Shown: in pieces, positions 25,156-38,840 of the stretch
Layout of the letters: every line of letters starts with the position of its first letter
Numbering within the stretch: position 1 is the stretch's first letter
NCBI GenBank assembly: GCA_013239625.1
Contig: MU053934.1
Coordinates: forward strand, 7,771,352 to 7,835,351
Direction of reading: 5' to 3'
Length of the DNA: 64,000 nt
Origin: Lama guanicoe
Taxonomy: Eukaryota
Notes under the pieces: generated by a model
What the model was told of the DNA's origin: nothing
What the model saw: only the letters and a program-made list of their open reading frames with translations
The model's database searches: none
Position numbers and translations under genes: made by a program

Positions 25156-26179
25156 CTGGTTGGGAAAGAGAAGACGTGTAACTAGAAACCACTCATACAG
25201 GCAGCAGGGGCTTTGGAGGCAGATGGACTTGGACCGTCGGCGTTGCCCCTGATGGCCGATAGCTGTAGACCTTGAGTAAGTGTGTCTGCCCACCTAATTC
25301 CCACCTGAAGATGGGGATAATAAAATTTAACTTGCGCTTATTGAAAAGAGTATTATAAACATGAAAAAAATTCATCGCCTAGAAATTGATAAAAGCAAAG
25401 TGAAAGAAAAATGACACTTTTGCCTGTCAGAAGGGCAAAAATAACGGAAGCACACTGCCCGTGTGGACAAGGGGTAACGTTAGACAGGCCGACAATCTGC
25501 AGACTCTAGAGTGGCGGTGACTGCGTCTGGGAAGCAGCTGGGGAAAACTCACTTCCACCGTATTCTCTTCTGCAGATTTCGTGCTTTGTACTTCCATACA
25601 TTTATTTCTCTTTTAAAATGATTAAAATAATTTAAAAAATAATAAACACATTATTTGGCCCGGTAATCCCATTTCTAGAAATTTATACTACAGAAATCAT
25701 CATGGGGTGATGCAAAAAACAAGCAGGCCCTGCAATAGTCATTGTAGCAAAATTTATAAAAGGAGGAAAAATGAACACCCAGATTACAAGAGCAGGGAAC
25801 ACTCTGTGTCTTCTAATATTCTACACCAGGGTCTTTACTGACACTAAATGTCAGCAAGAAGTTAATAAATGACAACAGACTAAAAAGTCATCAATTATAT
25901 GATCTCATTTTAAAATAAAACAGATATCATATACGAAAGTATATCTCTAGCTCATCAGATTGTGTGTGTTAAATACATGCAGTTTTTATATATCAATTAT
26001 ACCTCAATAAAGCTGCAAAAAATAGTCTGTGTGCACAGGTATAAGGGCTTCTAAGTTTATACAACAAAATATGAGTGGGTAACAATTCCTTAGTGTTAGA
26101 CTTAGTGATGATTTTAATTTCCTTCTATTTGCATACCACTATGTTCTAATCTTTCTAATTCATTTGTTAATGTTAATTA

Positions 26180-26660
26180 TTCACTCAACAAATTGCTTTG
26201 TGAGTGTGCCTGGCAGAGGGATCTGCCCTACAGGTATGATGGCAGTGAAAACAGAGAATGACAAAAGTGTGACCCAGTGACTGCCACAGGTGTGTGAGGT
26301 TAATAACTGCAAGACAGGGGTCATCAGAGGTGTCAGGGTGGGGCCCTGGGAGGCACTGGTGCGATGAGAGCTGGAGAAGGGCCTCCCTGGATACAAGGAG
26401 CGGAGGGAATCCTGGCAGGAGCTGCAGGTGCCAAGGTTGGCGGAGGGAGCCCGGGGGGAGCCGAGGACCCGACTGGTGGTGGCGAGGAGACCCTGTGAGG
26501 GGCAGCAGGGCTGGACCACGTGGTACCTCATCAACCACGCTGGGAAGTTCTGCTTCGTCCTACGGGTCCCAAAGCCACTGGAGGGTTTGAGCACCGAGGC
26601 TGCCAGGATCTGATTGGTACAAAGATCACACTGCTGGCCACGTGGAGGGCAGATTGCTTC
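26180..26660 (-). mobile_element. LINE-2 fragment
   Basis: ttcactcaacaaattgctttgtgagtgtgcc...aagccactggagggtttgagc...aagatcacactgctgg. Confidence 0.75.
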
Positions 26661-27482
26661 CGTGTCTATATTTTTGCTTTTAAAGAAAGTAAGATGGCTA
26701 CATGCAGGGAGGATGTGACAGTCAGAGGTAATGATTTACGAGCGCTAACACAGGGTCTGTCCCACAGCAGAATTCTGGAGAAGTCGCAGTGGTTGGTTTC
26801 TGCATGTGAAAGAGCCCTGGGACCCACTTTTGAGTCAGAGCTGAAGAAGGACCGAATGACAACGGTTTCGGATGTGCACAAGGTGGGCGTTAGGGAAATT
26901 ACAGTATTAATGAAAAGCTAATCTGTACCTGGTAAAGAAAGGCTTTAACAAACATTTCAACAAGAGTCTGTTAATGCCTTTTGAGTGCATTATCTGAAAC
27001 TGAGCTGATTTTTTTAAGTTTTTAAAAAATTTAAATGCTAATCGCTATTGAAGGTATGGAAGTATTTCTAATGATAAAACTGTCAACTTTTCAGCCCAAA
27101 GAAATGAATACTAAAAGCAAGTGTTAGTCACTAGAGGCAATAAGCAGGTTTTTTATTTTTATTTTTATTTTTTATTGCAAGAGCAGGGCAACTGAAGGTC
27201 TGTGAAAAGAAGTTACATCTGGCACATAAAGGTGCCGTCATTCAAGGAAAGGTTTTCAGAAATGCCAAAGATCATCTTTTCATGAGGTTTAGAAACTAAA
27301 AGTTGAAATCAAACAACTTTTAAACACTTAACTCTTGCTTAAGATAAAAATTAACTCAGCTGAAAAAGTGAAGTCATTCATTTATTTAAACCACATTTCA
27401 CCTGCATCTTTTATTTCCCTAAGCATGCTTAAATTTCCCACCATAAATAGAAAAGCAGACATGAAGTCATGGTAACGCTCAC

Positions 27483-27650
27483 CTTAGGGGTCTCCTCAAG
27501 CAGCTCCATGAACGTGCTGGCGCTGACCCAGCCCGTGCACCCAGGGTCAAGCGTGTGCATTAGTTCTTTGAATTCTGAATCACTTATTTTTACAACCAGG
27601 CAATTCAGAATATGTCGCAATTCTTCCCCTGTTATCCGTCCATCAGGTTT
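27483..27650 (-). CDS. EFCAB6: EFCAB6 exon (~exon 13), 168 nt, phase 0/0
   Basis: cttag|AAACCTGATGGA...ACCCCTAAG|gtgagc; encodes KPDGRITGEELRHILNCLVVKISDSEFKELMHTLDPGCTGWVSASTFMELLEETPK (EF-hand pair). Confidence 0.96.
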
Positions 27651-28544
27651 CTAAGCATGAGAATATATAAGAGAATTTGGGGGGGGGAAGGAAAATCATT
27701 ACATGCATTTAGCATCACTTAATAAAGCCTGAGTTTTGGCCAAATAGAATGATGCTTTGAAGTAGGAATACTTCAACCGATGATTATGTAACTTGCGTGC
27801 CAAGAGCAGGGGTGGGGAAAGGGAATGCTAGAACTTTGCAAGTGCGGGTCCTACGATGTTCTCTGTCAGAACAAGGCAGGAAAAAGGCTCTACGTGAGGA
27901 AAGAGGCTGATTCTGTGGGCAATGGCTGACCTTCCTCCCAGGACAGGCTGAAGGCTGGCTGGCAGAGAGAGCTTCAACCGGTCCTTCTGCCCCAACCCCA
28001 CCTGAGGGACACGTGGCTCACCCACACAGGGTATAGAATTTCCTGGAAATTCAATTACAACTTGCCAATTTACTAAGAATATTAATTATGCTTGTTTTCA
28101 CTACCACCAACCTCATCAATTACATAAATGGACAATTACTTAGTGAGAAAAATTTCAGCCATGCTGCATAAAGGAAACATATTAGGAGCAAAATGCTGTG
28201 AGGCAACTTTCTTCCCCCAGAATAAAAAATTACCAGTAAGTGAATTGAATATCAAAATTGAGAGAAACTGTTTACTGGAAAAGCAGAGGAAATAAAGAAC
28301 CCCACTTCCTCACAGAAAGATATTGTGGATATTAATGTGACTAAAGACTTATTCAGTGATTAAGCAGTGTATAAATGTCAACGGTGATTTGGGGTCCAAA
28401 ATCTGAAAAGGATACAAGGTTCTGTTGGAGAAAATTAAATAATATAGAGGATGCGTGCGTGCTTGCTTTCTGGTTTGGGAGTGATAATCTTTTAATGTCC
28501 AAAGAGGTATCACTGATAACTAATTTTTATGGTTTTCAATAAGT

Positions 28545-31195
28545 AGATAGCATTGTGCCACCATCATCACAATATAATTCCAGAATATTTTTGTCACCCC
28601 CAAAGAAACCTTGTGTCCATTTGCTGTCACTCCTCACTTCCAGGCATGGATAATTCATGCGAATAGAATCATACTATACATGCACCTGTATGCACCTGCC
28701 ATCTGGCTTCTATCACTGAGTATGGAGTTTTTGATGTGGCATGGATCAGCGTTTTGTTCCTTTTTATTTCTGTTATTACTATTCCATTGTATGAAGTGGC
28801 ACATTTTGTTCATCTTGCATGAGATGATGAACATTTGGATCGCCTCCATATGGAAATTATGAATAATGTCGCTATGGACACCTGCAGGCAAGTCTTTGTG
28901 TGGACATGCTTTCCTTTCTCTTGGGCAGATACCTAGGGGTGGAATTGCTGGGTCCCATGGTACACTTCTGTTTAAATTTTGAAGACACTACCATGTCATT
29001 TTCCACAGGAGCTGCACCATTTTACATTTCCACCAGCATATGAAAGTCCCAGCTCTGCAACCTTGCCGACACCTACCGTGGTCTGTCTTTCTGACGGTAG
29101 CCGTCCTAGTGGTGTGAAGCGATACCTCATTGCTGCTTTGATTTGCATTTCCCCGGTGACTAGTGAAGTTGGGCATCTTTCTATGTGCTAATCAGCCACT
29201 CCTACATATTCTTTGGTGAAATGTCTATTGAAATCTTTTGCCCATTTTACAAATCGGGTTGTCTTCTTATTGAGTTCCAAGAGTTCTCATATATTCTAGA
29301 AGCAAGTCCTTGACCAGGACTACATGTGTTCTCCCAGCCTGTGGTTTGTCTTTTCATTTCCTTCATGGTACCTTCTGAAGCACAAAAGTTTTTAATTCTG
29401 ATGAATCCAATTTATAGATTTTTTTCTTTTACAGATCATGCTTTTAGTGTCTAAGAAATCTTTGCCTAACACGAAGTCACAAAGATTTATACATGTCTTC
29501 TAAGACTTTTATCGTTTTAGCTCTTTTATTTAGGTCTACAGTCCATTTTCGGTTAATTTTTGTGTATGATGTAAAGAAACGGTCTCACCTTTTTGCATAT
29601 GGATATCCAGTTGTCTCAGCACTGTTTGTTGAAAAGATTATCCTCCCCCTACTGAACTGGTTGAAAATTAACTGACCATAAACGTAAGGATCTATTTCCA
29701 TACCTTCAATTATGTTCCATACACCACTAAGTCTATCCTATGCCAGTACCACACTGTCTTTCTTACTGTAGATTTAGCCTCAGATTCAAAATCCGGAAGT
29801 TTAAGGACTCTAACTTCATTCTTCTTTTCCAAAATTGTTTTGACAATTCTGAAACCTTTGCATTTCCAAATGAATTTTAAGATGAGTTTTTCCATTTCTG
29901 AAAAAAAAAAAACCAGCTGGAATTTTGATGGAGGTTGCACTGAATCTCCAGATCAATCTGGAAAGAAGTGCTACCTTATAATACTGAGTCTTCCAATCCA
30001 TGAGTACAGACTGTCTCTTCATTTATTTTCCTCTTCTTTTCCTATTCACAGTGTTTTATAACTTTCAGCGCACAAGTCTGGAACTTCTCTTGTGAAGTTT
30101 ATTCTTAGGTATTTCATTCTTTTTAGGCTATTGTGAATGAAATTGCTCTCTGAAGTTGATTTTCAGGTTGTTCGTAGCTAATTTATAGAAATATAATTGA
30201 TTGCTGTATATTGATCTTGTATCCTGCAACCTTGATGAATTCACTTATTAGTTCCAGCAGATTGTGTGCGTGCATTCCTTAGAATTTTCTGCTACCGGAT
30301 CATGTTGTCTGTGAATAAAGACAGTTTTACTTCTTCCTTCTGAATGCGTATGCTTTTATTTCTTTTCTTTCCTGATTGCACTGTCTAGAACTTCAGTACA
30401 ATGTTGACAAGAAGTAGTAAGAGCTGACATCCTTGTATTTTTCCTGATTTCAGGGGAAAGTATTCAGTCTTCTACCTTTAACTATGCTGTTAGCTTTGGG
30501 TTTATTACAAATGCCCTTTATCAGGTTACAGAGTTTCCCTTCTGTTCCTGGTTGGTTGAAAGTTATCATGAATAAGTGTTGAATTTTTCAAATATTTTTT
30601 CTGTGTCTGTTGTCATGATCATGCAGTGTTGTCCTTGTTTCTATTAATACTGTGTGTTACACTAACTGATCTTTTGGAAGTTAAACCAACCTTGCAATCC
30701 TAGGATAAATCTCGCACGGTCATAGCATTTAATCCTTTTTATACGTTGCTGGATCCAGTTTGCTAATATTTTCTTGAGAATGTTTGCAGCTCTGTTCATG
30801 AGGGATACTGGCCTGTGGTTTTCTTTTCTTGTGATCTCTTTGTCTGGCTTTGGCATCAGGGTAATATCGGCCTCAGAGAAAGAGTAGAGAAGTGTTTCTT
30901 CCTCCTTTCTAAAAATTTGTAAAGGATGGCTATTTAAGCAATCTTTGTGGTCTTCAGTGTAGAAAATTTGCACATTTTTTGTTAGCTACATTTCTAGGTA
31001 TTTGATTTTTTAAATATTAGAAAGGATATTTTAAAACTTCTTCTAATTGCTTGTTGCAGTTTATAGAAATATAATTGATATTTCCTTATTGACCTTGCAT
31101 CGAATGAACTTCTCAATTCTGTTATTAATTCTAAGATTTTTGGAAGGTTCTTTTGGACTTTCTACTTATGAAATCATGTGAGCTGCAAATAATAA
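28545..31195 (-). mobile_element. L1 (L1MB-like) ORF2 3' half plus 3'UTR, sense to EFCAB6
   Basis: Minus-strand remnants EMEKLILKFIWKCK...LKLPDF...KTVWYWH and SFSEADITLMPKPDKEITRKENHRPVSLMN are L1 ORF2 reverse-transcriptase region motifs. Confidence 0.92.
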
Positions 31196-33099
31196 CACCG
31201 AGAAATAAGAGTAGGTGAACAGGCAGGGGACAGATTGTTCCTGGGTGTCAGAAAGTGAGCCACAGCTGATTCAGATGTAAGTGATCAGGGTGCCTGGGTC
31301 ACTTGGGAGAGGGGGTGGCAGCGTGTGGAGGCAGCACACGCAGCTACGTGGGATGTGTGACTTGGAGCAGGTTAAGAGAGTCTCCTAATAAGTCTGCGTC
31401 CGTCTCTACAGCAGGAGGGGGACCTGTTTCCCACGGCTGTCCTCTGCAGCCAGGCGAATGCCATCCCTGCCCACTCCCGGCTCTCCCTCTCCGTCTCCTT
31501 CTCCTTTCAGGTCCCAGAATGTTGTGAAGACCCAGACAAATGGTCAGGGGTTGGGGGTGGGGACAGGCGTCCCAAAGGGAAACCACACACTCTGCCTGTC
31601 CAAGGTATCTGATGGCTGTGGCTCTTGTGTGATTCTCCAGAGCGTGAGCTCATCCCCGGCAGGGACTTAACCTTATTCATCTGTGGTTCAGCCTAAGTGC
31701 CCACGGCCGGGCCTAGTGTGGGGCGGGCACTCAGTTCCTCGCCTTCTTACGTGGGTGTTGATCAGGCTGTTTGTCGAACATCAGTGACTGTTAAATAGTC
31801 TGCTGTTGGGAGTAGTTGGCATTAGTGGAGATGAAGGTTTCACTATTTTTAATTAAATTACTTCTTCAACACACTGACAGAAGCTGAGGTGAGCAAACAC
31901 ACAGAAGCCTTCACTCATCTTTCCCGCACTGGCGGGTCCCTGCTCTGGAGCAGCTGGTGGGGATCCCGCCCCCACCCCCACTAACGAGCTGGGAGCCTCA
32001 GGCCGGTCACTTAACCCCATGCTCCCTTTCCTGAGCCAGGAGGATAAGATGAGAAGAGCAGACAAAGACAATGACAGTGTCCACCTGACAGAGGTGCCAA
32101 GAGGCTGAGGTGAATGAACACCAGAACGTCACCGAAAACAGGGCCTGGGCCCGGGAAGCAGTCACTGTTGTCCGCTCTCAGAGGACAGGTCGTGTTGGCC
32201 TAAGGATTAACTGCAGCAGGTACACCAGCCAGCGCGTCTCCCCCAGGAAGACAGGACCCCTGAATCTACACAGCGCAGCGGCATTCTAGATGGACAGAGG
32301 TGTGGGGCTGTGGCCTCGAACAGAGAGTGAACCCCAAACCCTGAAGTCCACCCCCAGGAGGTGTGGGCTGCCCCAGGGCGCTGCCCCTTGGTCGGTGGGC
32401 TTTGTAAGGTCGGCACTGAGGCCAAGAAACTCCTCATTTGTACACGCTCATGTTTGAGTCTGAGGCAAAGTAATTCACTGTACTCCTGGTTATTCTCCGG
32501 AGACTCCGTTATTGGACGTGCTCAGTAAACCACTTGGCAAATGTTGCTGTGCACTGGGAGCCTCCGAACGCTGCCGTCTGAAATCAGCAGTACAGCAGGA
32601 TGGGCGCTAACAGTTAAGACAAGCTGCAAATTCATGAATAAGTCTCCCTCTGCAGTACAATTAAACAATGAAATAGGCTATTTTGGAACTAAGAAAATGG
32701 TCCCGTTATGGGTTACAAGTCAGTTATGGACCCATAAACTCTAGGCTGGGGAGTGGGAGGAAGGGTCAGTTGGTCTGGATTATTCCTGAATTAAACAGCT
32801 AATGATGATCGGTCACTCCATCCTAAACAACCGCGCCACACACGGCTCTCACTCGCTGGCATTTATCTTACTGTACTGCGGTAAATTTTATGTCTTCTGT
32901 CTTCCCAACCAGACCCAGCTCTTGAGGTCACGCTTTGTATCCCTGAGCACTCAGAGTCATTCCCAGCATGTAATGGGAGCTCAAAACATGTTTGTTGGAT
33001 GGATAAACGAATGAATATAGTTTTTACTGGCCCCATTTTATGTGCTAGCATTCTTTGAAACAATGAGTTTTTCACCCGAGATGGGTTTCAAAACCTTAC

Positions 33100-33205
33100 A
33101 GCATTGATGATCAGCAGTGCTTTCTTCAAAGACACATAGTGATCTTCATGTCTAAGTAACTTTGTGATGACATTTTCCTTGCGAGACTGATTTCTAGAGT
33201 TGATG
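33100..33205 (-). CDS. EFCAB6: EFCAB6 exon (~exon 12), 106 nt, phase 2/0
   Basis: ttgcag|CATCAACTCT...ATCAATGCT|gtaagg; encodes (S)INSRNQSRKENVITKLLRHEDHYVSLKKALLIINA. Confidence 0.94.
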
Positions 33206-35311
33206 CTGCAAAAGAATTAAGAAAAACACAGGAATGAGATTATGTTCTTGAACTTTGTTCCTAATGCAAAAAAAAAAAATCGCCCTAAAAGCAACGATAA
33301 CAGTGCTTTATTTCTGGACGGCTTCCCTCCCTGAACGTGTGATGTGTTTGTGCGGGCCCGTCTGTCACTCGCTCAGCGTGACACCTAGTAAGGGGGGCCA
33401 GCATGGCTGCAATTCCCACAGGCGTCAGTGAGCTTGGTTGTGCCATCGCCCTCCCCTTCCTGGGCGGGTAGCTGTGACCAGTCGTCTTGCCAATCTGTGC
33501 CTTTGGTCTCAAAAAGGACCAGGAAAGACGCCACGATCACTGCTGAGCCTAATACCTGCTTGTAAGCTGAGGCCCCCTCACCCACGTGGTAATTGAAGGC
33601 ACACACTTCCAGCTTTGAAACAGTGAGGACGCCAACCTTCACAGCCTCTCTCCACCCCCCATGACAATGGCCACAAACACTGTGACCACCTATAGCATCA
33701 GGCCCCTCCCCGTTTCTTCCCTGTTGCTTTCACCCCCTGAGCTCCGGTCCAGGATGTGTCCTCTTGAAGGCCTCTGATCGTCCACTCTGGAGACCTAAGC
33801 CAACTCCCATAGGGACTCTGATCAGAAAGGGGGCTGGAGAATCTCATATTAATACACTCCTGTTGGCCTCCCTTTTCAGTGTTTAATTAGACAGGCTGAC
33901 ATTTCCCACTAAAGAAAGAATGAAAGCTCATCAGCCTGACTGCTGACCGACTCTCAAATTGTGTAGGGGATTTTAACGCTGCATCTTTACAGCCACCTTA
34001 GCTTTTCCTAGTTGTGGGAAAACATATAACGACCACTTCGAAGAAACATATAAAGTGGTGGAAATGCTGAGTCTGAGTTCCTCCTGTGACTTGTTACAAC
34101 CTGGCTTTTCTGACGACCACAAGCACTGACGAGAGTGGGCACTTTGTGCATCAGTTTTGTCCACCGCGAGACCACTGATGGCGGGGGCTGGGTAGTCCTC
34201 GAGTGCGTTGGGGGGGTGGGGAGGCCTGTCCTGGAACTCCACCCCAGCTGCGACAACCAAAAGCGTCTTGTGACATTGCTAAGATTGTCCCCAGTTGAGA
34301 ATCAGTGTTGTAAAGTAAATAAAATTCACAGTTTAATTCTTACAGTCTTGAGCAAGGTGCTGTGACACAAGAAAGTTGTAAAGGGACGGAAGTAACTTCA
34401 CTTAAGAAATAAACTCACAGAGCGGCGTCCCAGGAACAGAATGTATGGGAGCGCAGGGGCTCCGAATACCTGGAAGGCTGGTAACCCGGGCAGTTCATTA
34501 AATATTCACAAATCCCCGAGACAGGGATAGGACCCCGTGAAGTGCACATTAACTCTGTGGTGTATTTCACTTTACAGTAGAGCACAGTGCTTTCAACGAA
34601 CGTGCCCAGATTATAAAGCCTGCCTTTCTCTTTAAGATTTATATAGGACAATCTATCCGGGGTGCACATCAACATAAACAAAATAGTTCTGAGAGCAAAA
34701 GTCTAAATTCTAAAATGTCATATTATTAAGTATTTTTTTTTGATGTTTGGGGGCCCCACCACAATTTAAGTGATAATATAAATCTGAAGTTATAATAGAC
34801 ATTAGAAGGAAAACAGAAATAAAGGCCCTCAAGGCAGATAATCCCTGTGGCCCCCAGTGTCTGTGCCACCCGGAGAGTGGCTGGAAAACACATTAGCATA
34901 TACTGCTCCTTCTCACACAACACTTAACAAACATGCGTTTATTCACAATTTTGCAAGAACACACGTAGCGCTCAGCGAGCGATGCGGGCAGTGTAGGGGG
35001 TGCCTAGCCCACCTCCACGACTCACTGAGCATGTGACCTAGTTAAGACCCCTTATAGCCTTATTTTTTCCATCTAGAAACTGGAGTAATAATTATACCTT
35101 GCTTTTGGTTTAAGGCAATTTTAAATAAGAAAAATATATGGAAAATAATTTATAGACTAAATCAGTACGTAAAAGTTGGTAATCACTCAGTGAAGGCTAA
35201 TTTGTCACTCAAGAAATGAAGAAAAAGCAATTCAGACATTCCTGAGCCTTTTACATATTCTGACATGTGTAACCAAAATTTAGTTCACTTTAGTTCAGGT
35301 TTGTTACATAC

Positions 35312-35422
35312 CTGATTCTTTTTGTCAGGGGAATCTTATTGCTAGCTTCCAACCACTGAGGCTCATACAATGATGTTAGAAATTGCTTCCAATTGACTTT
35401 GGTGGTGGTTTTAAGTCCAAAT
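35312..35422 (-). CDS. EFCAB6: EFCAB6 exon (~exon 11), 111 nt, phase 2/2
   Basis: gaatcag|ATTTGGACTT...AGAATCAG|gtatg; encodes (R)FGLKTTTKVNWKQFLTSLYEPQWLEASNKIPLTKRI. Confidence 0.95.
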
Positions 35423-35746
35423 CTGATTCAAAAAAATCAAACACAGTATTTTTTTTACATTTTTTTCTGTAACACTGCATAGATTAGATGCTTAATATTG
35501 AATTGAAAATGGCAGGAGTGACTCTATATGAAGTTTCATATCCAAGGCAGACAAAATAATTTGGTAAAATAGTACTACAAATTGATTTTTTGAAAGCAAG
35601 GAAAAATCAAACTGATTACACATCTCCTTGTCTCCATATTCTGTTAGCAGTAACATACACTGAAGGAAGAAACAAAGGGAATTGATTAAAATTCTAATGT
35701 CTGTGAAGTAATTTTTTCAAATTCATCCTTCAGAGAGCTCAGTTAC

Positions 35747-36226
35747 AGTGGCAGGCAGAATAAAGACCCCACGATGTTCACGTTCTAACCCTTGGATCTG
35801 TGCTGATGTGAACTCGTGTGGCAAAAGGGGCTTTGCGGATATGACTAAGGGTAAGGACCGTGAGACGGGGAGAGTGGTCTGGGTGATCCAGGTGGGCCCA
35901 GAGTAAACACAGGAGTTGTTAAAATCATTTTTCCCAGCTGCAGCCAGAAAAAGATGTCACAGCAGGAGAAGGGTTAAGGAGATGCAACACTGGTGACACT
36001 GAAGGTGTAGGGAGGGGGCCACAAGCCAGGGAATGCAGGCAGCCTGGAGAAGCTGGAGGAGGCAAGAAATGGGTTTGTCCTCTGAGCCTCCAGAAGGAAC
36101 GCGGCCCTGCTGACACCTGGATTTTAGCCCCGTGAGGCCCGTGTCGGGCTTCTAAGTTACTGAACTGTAAAAGGATATTATTTGTGTTGTTTTAAGCCAC
36201 TGGAAGTGCGGTAATGGAAAACTAGC
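35747..36226 (+). mobile_element. MaLR solo LTR (MLT1D-like)
   Basis: tggcaggcagaataa...gagcctccagaaggaacgcggccctgctgacacc...ttgttttaagccac. Confidence 0.88.
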
Positions 36227-36540
36227 ATTGATTTAGAGTCTTAGTAAGGATAATTGGAAACATTTCAAAAACAAATTGCCAGAATGTTCTTCTAGGGCAG
36301 TCTACCCAGGCAATAAAAAGAAAGGCAAAAATAAACAGCCCAACAGTCACAGGTTCCTACAGCCCTTCCTTCCGCTCCTTCCTCTGTGCGCTCAGCCCTG
36401 GGGGAGTCAGAAACCGAGTCTGCAGCATGAGGAAGGAGGGAGGTGCAATGGGGGACAGAGAGGAGAAGCCACCTTTGACCCTTTTATTCTTGCCCGCAAC
36501 AGGGGAGGGAGCACCACCCACATTTAAATCAAGTCTGCAG

Positions 36541-36731
36541 CTGTATATAAAACAGATAAACAACAAGGTCCTCAGTGTAGCCCAGGGAACCATATTCAGT
36601 ATCTCGTAGTATCCTATAATGAAAAAGAATATAAAAACAAATATATGTGTGTATGTAAATGACTGAAACATGATGCTGTGCACCAGAAATTGACACAACA
36701 TTGTAAACTGACTCTACTTCAGTGAAAAAAA
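36541..36731 (+). mobile_element. Young camelid-type L1 3' end (5'-truncated)
   Basis: aaacagataaacaacaagg...caccagaaattgacacaacattgtaaactgactctacttc followed by an A tail. Confidence 0.85.
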
Positions 36732-36739
36732 TACTATCT

Positions 36740-38787
36740 GAAATATTTAAAAATCACTTGACAGAGTTAACAGAGGAATGGAGAAGCTAGAGAAGAGAGT
36801 GAGTTAACTTAAATACACATCAACAAAAACCATCCAATTTAACAAACACAGAGTAAACATACATGTATAAAATGAATAGAGACAGTCTTAGATACATGCA
36901 ATTGGAATCACAGAAGGAGAGGAGAGAAAGAATGGGGCAGAAAAAATACTTGACGACATAAAGACCAAAATTTCTCCCCAATTTTATTAAAGACACACAT
37001 TTACAGATTTAAGATGCTCAACACACACCAAGCAGCGTATGCCTGAAAGAGGCCATGCCAAGGTACGTCACAGTTACAAAGCTGAAAGTCAAGTTCAAAG
37101 GGTGAATCTTGAATATAACAAGAGAAAACGTACTATTACATACAGGAGGACAACAGTTTAACATACGACTTCTCATCCAAAACAACGGAAGCCAAAAGGA
37201 GGGGAACATCATATAAGTGCAGAAAGAAAGAAGTTACCCAAAAGTTTTCCATCTAAGAAAATCTCATTCAAAAATGAAGGAGAAATAAAGACTTTCCTAA
37301 ATAAAAGAAAATTAAGGGAACCCGTCTTCAGTACACCAGTATCCCAACTATGGAGAGTCTTCAGGCTGAAGGAAAATGATAGCAGATGGAGAACTTGGCT
37401 CCTCAGAAGGGAATAAAAGGAGTATCAGATGTAGTACATAGCTGGAAAAATACAAAAAGCTATTTTTTTTGCCTTTTTCTTCTTAATTTCTTTATAGCTA
37501 TTTAAAGCAAAAAAAAAAAAAAACAACACCCCATTATTTTGTGAGGTTTATAACATAGGTCAATACAGGTAGACATAATACATATCTACCCATGGTATAA
37601 AGGGCACAGTGGGGCAGGATGTAGACCAATATGCTTACATGGGTTCTACGTTTTATGTGAAATGGTACAGTATTAACTGTATGTAGATTGGCAACAGTTA
37701 AAATGTATGCCATAATCAACAGAACAACCACTGAAAATTATGCAAAGAAACACATCTAAAAAGACTACAGAAATTAAAATTAAATTCAAAAAAATTCTAA
37801 TAATCTAAAAAGAAGGCTAGAGAAAACAAAAAACAAAATGAGAAAAAATGGGAAACCCAAATCCAAACATATCAATAACTATTTTAAATATTAATGTACT
37901 AAATGCTTCAACTAAAAGAGATTATCAGAATAGATTTTTAAAAAGCAAGATCCAAATTTATGCTGTCAAAAAAGAGATATATTTAACTTAAAGACACAGG
38001 TTAACAGAAAAGGATACTACCTTAAGCCATGTGATCAAGGTCAATACCAATGGTGACAAGTTGTATTAATACTATGCACCCTTGATATGATGTAATGGGA
38101 ATGGTACTTTACCTCTGTGGTCTTCCTCCCACTATCCTAGTCCAATCAGTGAAATCCCACTTGAAGGACATTCTATAAAATATCTGACCAGTAATCCTCA
38201 AAACTCACAAGGTTATAAAAAATAAGGAAAATCTAAGAAACTGTCAGGACCAAGAGAAGCCCAAAGACACATGACTACTAAATGTAATGGGGTATCCTGG
38301 AAGACATCCTGGAACAGAAAGAAGAATATTAGGGGAAAATTGAGAAAATATGAATAAAGTATGGACTTCAGTTAATAAAAATGTGTCAATGTTAGTTCAT
38401 TTATTGTAAAAAATGTACCACACTAATGTAAGATGTTAATAATAAGGGAAGCTGCATATGGGATATACTGAAACTCTCTGTACTACCTTCATGATAACTT
38501 TGTGAATGTAAAACTGTGCTAAAATTAAAAAGATATTTTAAAAAGGAATATTGAGGGAATATTATGACTAGTTTTATGGCAATACATTTGATAACTAAGA
38601 TGAAATAAAATGTGTTGAAAAACATAAATTACCAAAAATGACCCAAGAAGAAATAGAAAACTTAACTAGTTCTACATTAATTTTAAAAATCAAATTTGTG
38701 ATTTTAAACATTCCCCAAAATGTTTACTTCAAGCCTAAATGGCTTCTCAGGTGAATTCTGTCAAACACTTAAGGAAAATAATAGTAA

Positions 38788-38840
<53 letters not shown>

